Virus record (IMG/VR): IMGVR_UViG_2974791491_000001
Location: 5,026-69,025 of that record
Length of the DNA: 64,000 nt
Direction: 5' to 3' (one strand)
DNA from: a virus
Of the stretch, positions 9,259 to 18,992 are shown in pieces. A model generated the notes under the pieces. The model searched no databases. It saw only the letters and a program-made list of their open reading frames with translations, and was not told the DNA's origin. Numbering within the stretch: the stretch's first letter is position 1; every line of letters begins with the position of its first letter. The position numbers and the translations under genes were made by a program.

Positions 9259-12200
9259 ATGGCTGAGAAGTTTTCGATCGGTGATGCGGTCCTTAACATT
9301 GTCCCCTCGCTTGATGAGTTCAAGGAGCGGCTTGATAGCCAGCTTAAGGCGTACCGGGAGTATTTCGATGTAGTTATCCGCCCGGATATGGACCAGTTTT
9401 TCACTAAGCTGGAATCCGACGTTAAGGCTGCTGCGGCTGCTGCTGGCGGGGACGTCAAGGTTACGGCTGATACGTCTCAGGCTCAGGCCGAGATTGCTGC
9501 TACGAAGGCTGCTGTTGAGCAGGCTGGCGGCGAGGTCAAGATCGAGGCTGATGCTTCTCAGGCACTTGCGGAGGCTGCTGCTACTAAGGCGGCGATTGAG
9601 TCGACGTCTGCGGAGATGGACGTCCGGATTGACACGGCCGAGTTGCGCGAGGCTTTGTCGATGGCCCGTGAAGAGGCCGATATCCGCCGCGATATTGCGA
9701 TGGCCCGTGAGATGGCTAACGCGGCTGCGGAAGAGGATGAGCGCAAGGCTGCCGCCAAGATGGAGCAGAACCTTCGCCGGGAGCTTAGCTCTCGTCAGTT
9801 GATCGTTCAGGCGTTGCGTGCCGCTAATGACGTCGAGGGTATGTCGTCTCAGGAGCGCGAGTCGGCTATGCGTCGGATTCGGGCTGCTGAGCAGGAGATT
9901 GCTCGGGATAAGGCTCGTGCTCGTGTCGATACGAACATGTCGAACGAGGATCTGCTTAACGCTTTGCGGTCTGAGTCTGTGTTGCGGTCGGAGATTGCTC
10001 GGGCTCGTGCTTCTGGTGATGAGGCTGGGCTGACTGCTGCTCGTGAAGAGCTGGGTATCCGCCAGGAGTTGGAGCGTGCTGAGCGTGCTCGGGCTCGTGC
10101 TGCGGCACCTAAGGAGAAGGAAGCTCGGGACGCGCTTACTGCTGAGCAGAAGTTGCAGGCTGAGCGTTCGGCTGCGGCCGGCAAGTGGGCTGAGGATCGC
10201 CGTAAGGAACGTGAGCGTCGTGAGGCTGCCGAGGCTAAGGAGGCGTCCAAGAAGGTCGACCTGTCGGCTGCTGAGGCTGCGATTGTGGCGTTGCAGGCCG
10301 AGATTGATGCCCTGTCGGGCGATATCGAGGTTGGCGCGGACACTGATGAAGCTCGCATGCGGATCGCTGTCCTTGAGGAACGTATCCGGTTGCTGCGTTC
10401 GGATCTTCGGATCGGTGCGGACACGGTCGAGGCTCGTGCTCGGGTAGCGATTCTGGCGGCTCAGATCCGCGCTATGAAGGCGGATATCCGGGTTGGTGCG
10501 GACACTCGTGACGCTGCTGAGGAAGTGGACGATTTCGAGGCCCGCTTCCGCGTGGTGCAGTCGTTCCAGGGTGTGAATCTGTTCTCGCTGGGCAACATCA
10601 CTTCGGCGATTGTCGGTATCGGAACGATTATCGGCTTGCTGGGTGGTGTGGTGGCTGCGGCCGGCGCGGCGGCTACGTCGTTGGGTGCGATGGGCGGCGC
10701 TGTCGCTATCGGCTCTAGTGGCGTTTTCGGGGCGTTCAATGAGCTTCGGGCACAGAACCAGCCGGGGGCTCAAAACTCTGGGCAGCAGGCCGTACAGGCG
10801 ATGCGGGAGCAGCGTGAGGCTGTCCAGCGTGTCGCTGACGCTCAGCAGAACTTGCGTAATGCGTCTTCGGACTTGGCGTCGGATCAGGACCGGTTGCGTG
10901 ATGCGACCAAGGATGCGACTCGTGAGATTCGGGATCAGCGTCTTGAGCTTGAGGATGCCCGTCTGGCGCAGGAGGGTTCGGCTATCGCCGTTGCCCGCGC
11001 TAAGGAGAACTACACCGAGGTTAAGCGTCGGTTTGATCGTGGTGAGGCTTCGGCCCTGGACTTGCAGGAGGCGGACCTTCGGGTTCGCAGTTCGCAGTCC
11101 CGGTTGCGGTCGTCGCAGAACAACCTTTCGGATACCCGTGAGGAAACCCGGACGGTTGTGCGGAACGGTGTGGCCAACAACCCCAACGTGGTCGCTGCTC
11201 GTGCTGGTGTCGCTGACGGTATCGACCGGGTGGCTAAGGCTCGTCGAGAGCTGAATGATGCGCGCACCGATGCTTCGGCTGCGGTTGCGGGCGCTGGTGT
11301 GGATCGCTTCACGCAAGCTATGGCTCGGTTGTCGCCTAACGCTCAGGACTTTGTGACTAAGGTCCGATCTTTGGGTGGTGCGTGGACTGATCTTCGGATG
11401 GCTACGCAGGATGCTTTGTTCGCTGGTTTCGGTGACACGTTCACTGACGTGGCGTCTAAGCAGATGCCTGAGTTGCAGCGCGGCATGGTGCAGTTGGCTG
11501 GGGTTGCTAATACGGTGTTGTCGGATTCGCTTCGGCGGGTGTCGGCCACGTTTAGCGAGTTCACTGCTAATGGTACGTCTGCGGCGTTCTTTGATGCGGT
11601 TGCTGCTTCGTTCTCGGGGTTCGCCCCGTTTGTGGAGTCGCTTGTCCGTGTGCTTACTGAGCTGACCATCGGTATGGGTCCCCAGTTGGGTGTGTTCTTC
11701 GAGGATCTGGGCCAGTTCCTAGAGAATCAGGCCCCAATGTGGACTCGCATGGGTTCGCAGGTGCTCGGCGTTATGTCGCTTCTGTTGCCGGTGTTCGATC
11801 AGATGTTCCAGGCTCTTGAGCCTGTGTTTTCTGAGGGCTTCGAGCAGATTGTGCGTATCTTCTCGGCTTTGGCTGATGCGTTGTCGGAGAATCAGGGTCC
11901 GCTTACCGAGTTCACGTCCGCGTTGGGCTCGATGATCGTTAATCTGATTAAGGCCGGCAGTGAGCTTATGCCGCTGTTCTTGGGTGTACTTGAGTTCTTT
12001 ATGGACGCCATTTCGGGTATCAACCCGGAAGTGTTGGCGGTCATCTTGGGTTCGGTTATCGCTTTGCGATCGGTGGCTGGCGCGTTTATCGCCGTGGGTA
12101 ACACTGCGGGTCGATTGATTGCTGCTGGCGACTCTTTGGCGCAGGCGTTCGCGTTCTTGCGGCTACTGCCGGGACGTATCGCTGCTAGCTCTATTGGTAT

Positions 12201-15200
12201 GCGTGTGGCTGCGGCTGCTTCGCTCCTTTGGGGTAAGGCGATGCTGCTGGTTAACGGCATCATGAATGCTTCTCCGGCCATGAAGATTGCTATGGCGGTT
12301 ACGGCTTTGGCTGCGGCTGCTGTGTACGCCTACCAGAACTTTGAGCCTTTCCGTAAGGTCGTCGATTCTGTGTGGCAGGCGTTGCAACGATTCTGGGACG
12401 TGCTGAACGGCTCCGGTGGGGGCCAGGCGGCTATGGCTCTTGGCGCGTTGCCGCTGCTGTTCATGCGGACTCGGCTTGGGGCGATGGCTGCTGCTGGCGC
12501 TACCCGCGTGTGGGGTGCGGCGCAGTTGTTCCTTAACGCGGCTATGCGGGCTAACCCGATCGGCCTTATCGTTACGGCTTTGGTCGCTCTTGTGGCCGGC
12601 CTTGTCTACGCCTACAAAAACTCGGAGACATTCCGGAATTTCGTGAATGGCTTGTGGGAGGGGCTTAAGAATGTAGCTGGCTGGATAGCCGATGTGGCGG
12701 TTGGTGCTTGGAATCTGCTGTCGGATGCCTTTAGTAAGGGTATCGAGTTCGTTAAGAAGTACTGGGACATTTTGATTCTGGGGCTTGGCCCTATCGGCTG
12801 GGTTATCTCGGCTGTCGTGAATCTGGTGAAGAACTTCGACAAGATCAAGTCCGGGCTGGGTGTGCTTAAGCAGATCTGGGATAAGACCTGGAATTGGATC
12901 AGCGGTAGTTTCGAGAATGTTGCTGGTGGTATCGGTAAGTGGTTCTCGAATCTGACTCGTGGTTTCGATGGGCTTAAGGAGAATGCGCAGACTGTCGCTA
13001 ACGCGATTAAGCGCGCTTTCTCTGGGATCAAGGACGTGATGTTGACGCCGATCCGAGCTATCGGCCGGGTGTTGCAGCGTATTCCGACGAAGTTCTTGGG
13101 TGTGACGATCACTGGTGCGGCTACGTTGCACCGCTGGGGTGAGACTCTGGCTCGTTTGAATGTTGGTGGTTCTGCTGCTGGCGCGGGGCGGAAGCCTAAC
13201 GGGATGCTTTACGGTCCCGGTACGGGCACGTCTGACGACATTCTGGGTGTGGACGGTTCGGGTATGCCTACGGCGTTGGTTTCGACCGACGAGGCTGTGG
13301 TTAATGCGCGTGGCGTTCAGAAGTATTGGCCGGTCATTGATGCCATCAACAAGGACACCCTCGGGAACCTGTTCGGCATTAAGCGGCTTGCTACCGGTGG
13401 TGCGGTCATTGACGGCGCGTCGGACGGCCGGTCGTCCAAGGAGATTCTTGGACCTACTCGCTGGGATCAGGAGTGGCAGGAGTTCTTCCGGGCGCGTGGT
13501 GCCGATACTCCCGATAAGGCGTTCAAGTACATGGGCGATAACGCCTACATCGGTACGTTGTACCGCAGTGGGTGGTTGCCTCCGGACGGCTCGAATGGCG
13601 AGGAGGACCGTCGTCTCGGGCAGGTTGACTCGAACAACTTCGATCAGCGTGCAGCTAACGAGCGTCAGAAGCTTGCGGAGATTCAGGACGAGATCCTTAC
13701 GGATCAGAAGTCCAAGGAGTCGCGGAAGCTGTTCGACGAGGCTTGGACTAAGTGGTTCAACGATCATGGTGGCAATAGCCAGCGTGACGGCTACCTGAAC
13801 CGTAACCCTGAGGTTGCGGAGCGGTGGCGGTCGGGCCAGTTCCCTCCGGGGGATGAGCGGACGCAGGAGTCGGTCACCGATGACCTCAAGTCTGGTGGTG
13901 ACGGTAGCGACGGATACTCGGGTGACACCGATTATGGCGGCGATACCGACTTCGGTGGTGACAGTGGCGGCTACGGCGGTCCTGACAACATCGACACCAC
14001 GGGTGCGGGCGGTGACCCGGAAGCTGTTGAGCTAACTCAGCAGGAGCAGTCGCTCTTGATGGGGCAGGAAATCAACACGTCTCTGTGGCGCGCGGTTAAG
14101 GCCGAGTTCCCGGATGCGGTGCTGACTTCGGCTAAGGGCGCTCACGACGATGACGGTGGATACCATCCGGCCGGCAAGGCGATTGACATTGGCGGGCCTA
14201 GTGACCTGTTGTTGCGAATCAACCATTGGTTGTTCGAGACATTCGGTAACAAGCTTGCGGAGTTGATCTATGCCCCGGCTCCCCCGGCGAAGCTCATGTA
14301 CAACAAGGGCGGCCAGCTCATTGAGGATCAGCAGCAGCTTGCTACGCAAGTCTATGCGGGTGACCTTGCTGGGCACACCAACCATGTGCATGTGTCGGCG
14401 GATCAGGCTGTGCAGGTTCCGGATGCGAACACCGACTATGACGGCGGTACGGGCGGCTACGGCGGCGATGACGGCGGTAGCGGTGATGGCGGCTACGGCG
14501 GTGATCCGCTCTACGACAACGGCGAGGGCTTCGAGCAGGACGACGGGCCCAAGGCTTCCACGGCGATTGCTGACGCTATGCGTGGCGATTACTTCGACCC
14601 TAAGCGTTACTACGACAACGTAACTCTTGAGCTTGGCGACACGCTCTGGGATGCGGTGACTGGTGCGCTGAGTTTGGACACAACCTATTACGACGCTTAC
14701 GGCCAGGCCGTGGACGAGACGGAGCGGTTGCGTTTGAAGAAGCTGGAAGAGCAGGGCGGTAAGACTCCGAACGTTGGCGGCGGCGATCCGAACAGTCCCG
14801 AAACCCAACGTCTGCTTAGCAATGGCGGCGGACAGGGCGATGTGGGCGGCAAGATCAAGGAAGAGGAGCTAACTCACACCTACACCCCTGGTGGTGGTGT
14901 TGAGCAGTGGCGTCCTCTGTTCTCCCAGATCTTGGAGTTCGGCGGCTTCTCTATGTCCTTGCTCGATCCGGGCTTGGCGCAGATGAAGACGGAATCGGGC
15001 GGTAATCCTAAGGCTATCAATAACTCCGACTCGAATGCGGCTAAGGGCACTCCTTCTAAGGGTTTGATGCAAGTCATCCAGCCTACGTTTGATGCCCATA
15101 AGTCGCCTCAGTTGAAGGACGATATCTACGATCCGGCCGCGAACATCTATGCGGGTACCAACTATGCGGTTAAGCGCTATCCGAACCTTGAGCAGGTCTG

Positions 15201-15756
15201 GGGCAATGGTCACGGCTATGCCACGGGCGGCAAGGTGAGGGGTAAGGGCGGTCGTCGCACTGACGATATTCCTGCTTGGCTTTCGGACGAAGAGTTCGTG
15301 GTCAATGCGGATTCGGCTATTGCGGCTGGCCCGTTGCTTGACTGGATTAACGAATCGCCTGAGATGGCCGGCCGGCTGGCAGAGATGCTTGCTGGTGGTG
15401 CTGGGGCTATTCCGGGTATCGGTCCTGCTATCGCTGCGAGTGCTCCGTTGCTTGGCGACTTTGTCGAGCAGGGTGTCGGCGGCTTGGCTGTCGGCGCGGA
15501 AACGCTGGTCGAGGGCGGTGCGCAGTTCTTGTCGATCGCTGAGCGTGACCGGGTTCAGGCTATTAAGACGTTGGGTGGGGCCTCTGGTTCTGCTCCGTTG
15601 TCTGGTGGTCGGACTCAGGCTCCCGCTCAGGTGGTCAATCAGGGTGCGCAGTACGGCGATGTGCATACGCAGTCGCTCCGCGAGTTCCAGCAGTTCATTG
15701 AGAAGGAGAATGCCCATGCGGCGTTCTCCCACATGGCGGGCCATACGGTTCGCTGA
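9259..15756 (+). CDS. tape measure protein with embedded peptidoglycan hydrolase domains
   Basis: 2165 aa; coiled-coil N-terminus, hydrophobic central segments, Gly/Asp-rich GGYGG linkers, Zn-peptidase-like H-x6-D / HxH motifs, SLT-like ESGGNP..GLMQV motif. Confidence 0.9.
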   Translation: MAEKFSIGDAVLNIVPSLDEFKERLDSQLKAYREYFDVVIRPDMDQFFTKLESDVKAAAAAAGGDVKVTADTSQAQAEIAATKAAVEQAGGEVKIEADASQALAEAAATKAAIESTSAEMDVRIDTAELREALSMAREEADIRRDIAMAREMANAAAEEDERKAAAKMEQNLRRELSSRQLIVQALRAANDVEGMSSQERESAMRRIRAAEQEIARDKARARVDTNMSNEDLLNALRSESVLRSEIARARASGDEAGLTAAREELGIRQELERAERARARAAAPKEKEARDALTAEQKLQAERSAAAGKWAEDRRKERERREAAEAKEASKKVDLSAAEAAIVALQAEIDALSGDIEVGADTDEARMRIAVLEERIRLLRSDLRIGADTVEARARVAILAAQIRAMKADIRVGADTRDAAEEVDDFEARFRVVQSFQGVNLFSLGNITSAIVGIGTIIGLLGGVVAAAGAAATSLGAMGGAVAIGSSGVFGAFNELRAQNQPGAQNSGQQAVQAMREQREAVQRVADAQQNLRNASSDLASDQDRLRDATKDATREIRDQRLELEDARLAQEGSAIAVARAKENYTEVKRRFDRGEASALDLQEADLRVRSSQSRLRSSQNNLSDTREETRTVVRNGVANNPNVVAARAGVADGIDRVAKARRELNDARTDASAAVAGAGVDRFTQAMARLSPNAQDFVTKVRSLGGAWTDLRMATQDALFAGFGDTFTDVASKQMPELQRGMVQLAGVANTVLSDSLRRVSATFSEFTANGTSAAFFDAVAASFSGFAPFVESLVRVLTELTIGMGPQLGVFFEDLGQFLENQAPMWTRMGSQVLGVMSLLLPVFDQMFQALEPVFSEGFEQIVRIFSALADALSENQGPLTEFTSALGSMIVNLIKAGSELMPLFLGVLEFFMDAISGINPEVLAVILGSVIALRSVAGAFIAVGNTAGRLIAAGDSLAQAFAFLRLLPGRIAASSIGMRVAAAASLLWGKAMLLVNGIMNASPAMKIAMAVTALAAAAVYAYQNFEPFRKVVDSVWQALQRFWDVLNGSGGGQAAMALGALPLLFMRTRLGAMAAAGATRVWGAAQLFLNAAMRANPIGLIVTALVALVAGLVYAYKNSETFRNFVNGLWEGLKNVAGWIADVAVGAWNLLSDAFSKGIEFVKKYWDILILGLGPIGWVISAVVNLVKNFDKIKSGLGVLKQIWDKTWNWISGSFENVAGGIGKWFSNLTRGFDGLKENAQTVANAIKRAFSGIKDVMLTPIRAIGRVLQRIPTKFLGVTITGAATLHRWGETLARLNVGGSAAGAGRKPNGMLYGPGTGTSDDILGVDGSGMPTALVSTDEAVVNARGVQKYWPVIDAINKDTLGNLFGIKRLATGGAVIDGASDGRSSKEILGPTRWDQEWQEFFRARGADTPDKAFKYMGDNAYIGTLYRSGWLPPDGSNGEEDRRLGQVDSNNFDQRAANERQKLAEIQDEILTDQKSKESRKLFDEAWTKWFNDHGGNSQRDGYLNRNPEVAERWRSGQFPPGDERTQESVTDDLKSGGDGSDGYSGDTDYGGDTDFGGDSGGYGGPDNIDTTGAGGDPEAVELTQQEQSLLMGQEINTSLWRAVKAEFPDAVLTSAKGAHDDDGGYHPAGKAIDIGGPSDLLLRINHWLFETFGNKLAELIYAPAPPAKLMYNKGGQLIEDQQQLATQVYAGDLAGHTNHVHVSADQAVQVPDANTDYDGGTGGYGGDDGGSGDGGYGGDPLYDNGEGFEQDDGPKASTAIADAMRGDYFDPKRYYDNVTLELGDTLWDAVTGALSLDTTYYDAYGQAVDETERLRLKKLEEQGGKTPNVGGGDPNSPETQRLLSNGGGQGDVGGKIKEEELTHTYTPGGGVEQWRPLFSQILEFGGFSMSLLDPGLAQMKTESGGNPKAINNSDSNAAKGTPSKGLMQVIQPTFDAHKSPQLKDDIYDPAANIYAGTNYAVKRYPNLEQVWGNGHGYATGGKVRGKGGRRTDDIPAWLSDEEFVVNADSAIAAGPLLDWINESPEMAGRLAEMLAGGAGAIPGIGPAIAASAPLLGDFVEQGVGGLAVGAETLVEGGAQFLSIAERDRVQAIKTLGGASGSAPLSGGRTQAPAQVVNQGAQYGDVHTQSLREFQQFIEKENAHAAFSHMAGHTVR

Positions 15757-15769
15757 TTTCTTTCAAGGT

Positions 15770-15820
15770 CCACAAGAGCATGCGCGTTTTTGCCTCTGCT
15801 CTTGTGGCCTTTCAATTCTT
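15770..15820 (+). terminator. possible terminator after tape measure gene
   Basis: Stem CCACAAGAGCA / TGCTCTTGTGG with 16-nt loop, followed by moderately T-rich tract. Confidence 0.3.
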
Positions 15821-15846
15821 CTAACTCTTTGTTTGGGGGTTAAGGC

Positions 15847-16758
15847 ATGCCTCAGTCCGATTTGTCTATCGAATGGCGGGCACCTGACGGTTCGGTTTGG
15901 CACGTTTCTGGTGAGGGCGCTGAGGAGGAGGGGGTTCTCCTTCTGCCTAAGCCCACTAAGCTTTATGACGCTCCGACGGTCACGTATTGGGCGCAGTCTG
16001 CGCAGAAGCACGTCTATCAGGGTTTCCGCATTGAGCGGCGTGAGCCTGTTATCGGTTTTCAGATCTGGGCGGGGCCTTACGGTACTGCGCGGGACTGGCG
16101 CGATATCGACTCCGAGTTTTCGCTTGCGTGGGAGTTTGAGCGTGAGGGCCAGTTGGTGTTCATCACCGATGATGGCGAGCGTTCGCTTGGCCTTCGGAAG
16201 CTGACTGAGCCGACGTGCTACGAGGGTGCTATTGAGCAGGGCAAGGACCCGTTCATGTATGCCGACGCCACGGTGGTTATGAACACTGCTGGCGAGGAGC
16301 CGTTGTGGGTTGGTGAGACGGTTGAAATTCCGTTTACCTGCCCGACCAGTTCTGGGTCAACGACTTTCGAGATTGAGAACGACGGCAATGTGGATATGTG
16401 GCCGCGTTGGACGGCGTCGTGCTCTCGGGCTGGTGGCCGTTTCATGCTGCCGGACTGGTCGTTCGGTTCGGATGAGTATGGGCGTGCTGTAGCGGATCAG
16501 AACCGTACGTGGCCGACTCCGGTGTTGCTGCTGAACGAGCACATCGACGTCAATTCGGACCCGGACGAGGAGCTGTTGCTGTCGTCGCTGGGGACGAACA
16601 CGTGGAATCGCACCGAGGGCAACGGGCTCATGTATCCGATCCCGCCGCACACACCTAAGACTCAGGTCCCGGTGACGTGGACGGGTGTCGAGCCTGGCGA
16701 CTCGATCATGTTGACGTACACGCGCATGTACACGCGGCCGTGGGGGGTCACTCGATGA
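15847..16758 (+). CDS. minor tail protein (distal-tail-like position)
   Basis: First ORF after tape measure, 303 aa. Confidence 0.45.
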   Translation: MPQSDLSIEWRAPDGSVWHVSGEGAEEEGVLLLPKPTKLYDAPTVTYWAQSAQKHVYQGFRIERREPVIGFQIWAGPYGTARDWRDIDSEFSLAWEFEREGQLVFITDDGERSLGLRKLTEPTCYEGAIEQGKDPFMYADATVVMNTAGEEPLWVGETVEIPFTCPTSSGSTTFEIENDGNVDMWPRWTASCSRAGGRFMLPDWSFGSDEYGRAVADQNRTWPTPVLLLNEHIDVNSDPDEELLLSSLGTNTWNRTEGNGLMYPIPPHTPKTQVPVTWTGVEPGDSIMLTYTRMYTRPWGVTR

Positions 16759-18506
16759 CCGCCCCCCTTGAACCGCTGGTGGATCTGCGCGAGGTCAAGG
16801 CGCAGTGTGATGCGACCCGGCAGGCCCATCGGGCGATGGCTAACCGCGCTCCGTGGGTTCGGTTGTGGGCTAACCCGCCTGATGACCAGTTGAGTCGCGG
16901 CCTAATTTTGCGTGGCGTGGTGAATGACTCGATTTCGGGTTCGTTCCCGTTCACGATTAAGGACCCGGCGACTGGGACGTTGAAGCTGCGACTGGACCAC
17001 TATCTGGCTAAGTGGCTTATCTCGATCCCGGACGATCCGGAAGCTAAGAAGAATGTGGTCATCTCGGTTGACTATATGGGGCGTGGCAAGAACTGCAAGC
17101 TCCGTTGGTCTGGGATGCTGCATCACTGGACGGTTAAGAAGGACGGCTTTGGGGTCTACTACCTTGAGGCTACGTTCATTGATGACCGACAGTTCCTTAG
17201 GTTCTTGCTTGGTCCTCCTAACCCCGCGTTGCCAATTCCGGTCTTCCAATTTCCTCGTGTGCTCCCAGTTTTTGCACCAGCGAAATGGGGCATCTCTTTC
17301 CTAATTCTTATCAACTTGATTCGTGTTCAATCGAACTGGTTGCAGCTACCGGATGACCCATTCAATTGGGGTTCGTGGGCTTCTGGTTTCGATCCACGGA
17401 CGTGGCAGGCGCACATTAAGGCTGACAGCCTGTTGGCTGATTCGTCGTTGTGGGCGTTGCTTGCTACGCGCATGAACACGATGGAAGAGGTTATCTCCGA
17501 CACGTTGGACGACGCGAAGCTTGTTATGACGTATCGGCGGGTCTTCTCGGTTGATGGTGAGACGCCGGCCGATGTTGGCATGGGCCATCTGTCGTCTATG
17601 CGTAATGGTGCGCTCGTATTCGAGGTTGTCGATAAGTCGGGTTACTACAACCCTGCGGGCACTTGGTACACGGGCGAGATGTTTAAGGGCTTGGCCCGCT
17701 CGGCTGTCCAGTTCTTGGAAGGGTTCGTTGAGTCGATCCTGACTCCGGTCACGGACGATCAGGGCATTTGGCCTGACGAGTACTACCAGCAGGGCTATTG
17801 GGGACAGGCACCTAACCGACCTTGGATTGTGCTAAGGGATTCTAAGTGGTCTCAGATAGAGACAGGTTCGCTCACTTGGAATCCCGCTGGACCGGTTTCA
17901 GTCATCGTTGGTGGCAGTAACCCGTATGCGGACCAGTTGGCCTCGCTGGCTATTAAGGCTGTGGGCAACATTCTGGGTTATTTCGCTTTGGCCGGCTTCT
18001 CGTCTGCTGGCGATATTGCTGAGTCGATCATTATGCCGTTCCTACAGGGAACGATCTTGGCTTGGCAGCAGTGGAAGAACACTTCCCGCGCTAAGAATCT
18101 GGGCTGGGTGCATCTGTGGGAGACGTATCAGCAGGGCGGCGATAATGCTTGGTCTTTGGCTGCTGCGGCGGCATTGAAGGCCGGGTTTGAGGCGACCGAG
18201 TCTAAGACGTCGCACGAGTTCACTATGGGTGTTGGCCCGATCTATCCGGGGCTGCACTTTATGCCTGGTGATCGTATCGGTTCGACGGCTGAGGACATTA
18301 TCAAGAACAAGGTGTTTGTGGACGATGTCCAGGTAATCACTTTGTCTTGGGATTTCTCCTCGTCGTCTAACGGCGGTCCTATGTGGAATATCCAGGTGAC
18401 TGTTGGCACGAATGAGGCTGGCATGTCTATTTCTGAGCGTCAGGCTCGTCTTGTGTCTAAGGCATTGGCGACGATCCGTGATATTGGCGTTCGCATGGTT
18501 ACGTAA
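16755..18506 (+). CDS. minor tail protein (tail-tip-like position); start moved to ATG 16755
   Basis: In-frame ATG overlapping the upstream stop (ATGA); 583 aa. Confidence 0.45.
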   Translation: MTAPLEPLVDLREVKAQCDATRQAHRAMANRAPWVRLWANPPDDQLSRGLILRGVVNDSISGSFPFTIKDPATGTLKLRLDHYLAKWLISIPDDPEAKKNVVISVDYMGRGKNCKLRWSGMLHHWTVKKDGFGVYYLEATFIDDRQFLRFLLGPPNPALPIPVFQFPRVLPVFAPAKWGISFLILINLIRVQSNWLQLPDDPFNWGSWASGFDPRTWQAHIKADSLLADSSLWALLATRMNTMEEVISDTLDDAKLVMTYRRVFSVDGETPADVGMGHLSSMRNGALVFEVVDKSGYYNPAGTWYTGEMFKGLARSAVQFLEGFVESILTPVTDDQGIWPDEYYQQGYWGQAPNRPWIVLRDSKWSQIETGSLTWNPAGPVSVIVGGSNPYADQLASLAIKAVGNILGYFALAGFSSAGDIAESIIMPFLQGTILAWQQWKNTSRAKNLGWVHLWETYQQGGDNAWSLAAAAALKAGFEATESKTSHEFTMGVGPIYPGLHFMPGDRIGSTAEDIIKNKVFVDDVQVITLSWDFSSSSNGGPMWNIQVTVGTNEAGMSISERQARLVSKALATIRDIGVRMVT

Positions 18507-18518
18507 TTGCTTTGAAAG

Positions 18519-18992
18519 GTGATTGTTTTGAGTGAGCAGGCCCGACGTTTTGAGTCCGAAGTGACCGATTGGGACGACCCTACTCAGCATCTAGCTCCGT
18601 TTCTTTATGAGTGGCCGGCCTTCGGGAAGATGCAGGCTATGCCTGCCCCGACGGCTTTGGTGCCTTATCAGGCTGAGCTTCTGTACAAGATGGGCGTTCG
18701 TTTCCATCCGGAATTGGCTGAGGTTGTGAAGGTCTCGGATGCGGATGGTGTTTCCCAATGGGTTTCTAAGGCTGAGGCCGAGGAGATGGCTAACGCTAGT
18801 TCGGCTTTGGGGTCGGATGAGGCGTTGGGCCTGCTTGCCAAGATTTCGCCTGAGCGTGCGGCCGAGATTGAGGCGATGAGTGATTCCGAGCGTGAGGCGC
18901 GGGTTGAGGCTATGACTCCGGATTTGGCCGAGTCTCTTAATGAGTTGGCGCGACTTCGTAAGGCGTTGGAGGCTGCTAATGCTAGTTCCTAG
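18519..18992 (+). CDS. hypothetical / minor tail protein
   Basis: 157 aa acidic, Ala-rich ORF within the tail gene block. Confidence 0.3.
   Translation: MIVLSEQARRFESEVTDWDDPTQHLAPFLYEWPAFGKMQAMPAPTALVPYQAELLYKMGVRFHPELAEVVKVSDADGVSQWVSKAEAEEMANASSALGSDEALGLLAKISPERAAEIEAMSDSEREARVEAMTPDLAESLNELARLRKALEAANASS

Noticed and set aside
8989-11316. 775-aa minus-strand ORF (and others at 9849-10424, 12163-13767, 14032-14808, 14869-15744) inside the tape measure gene
   Set aside because: Antisense open frames typical of GC-rich DNA. Translations are Arg/Ser/Leu-rich low-complexity noise and lie wholly within a well-supported + strand gene.
13900-14530. Direct nucleotide repeats (GGCGGCTACGGCGG etc.), possible CRISPR-like or tandem repeat
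   Set aside because: They encode the GGYGG/D-rich linkers of the tape measure protein. Spacing and length are irregular, not a CRISPR array.
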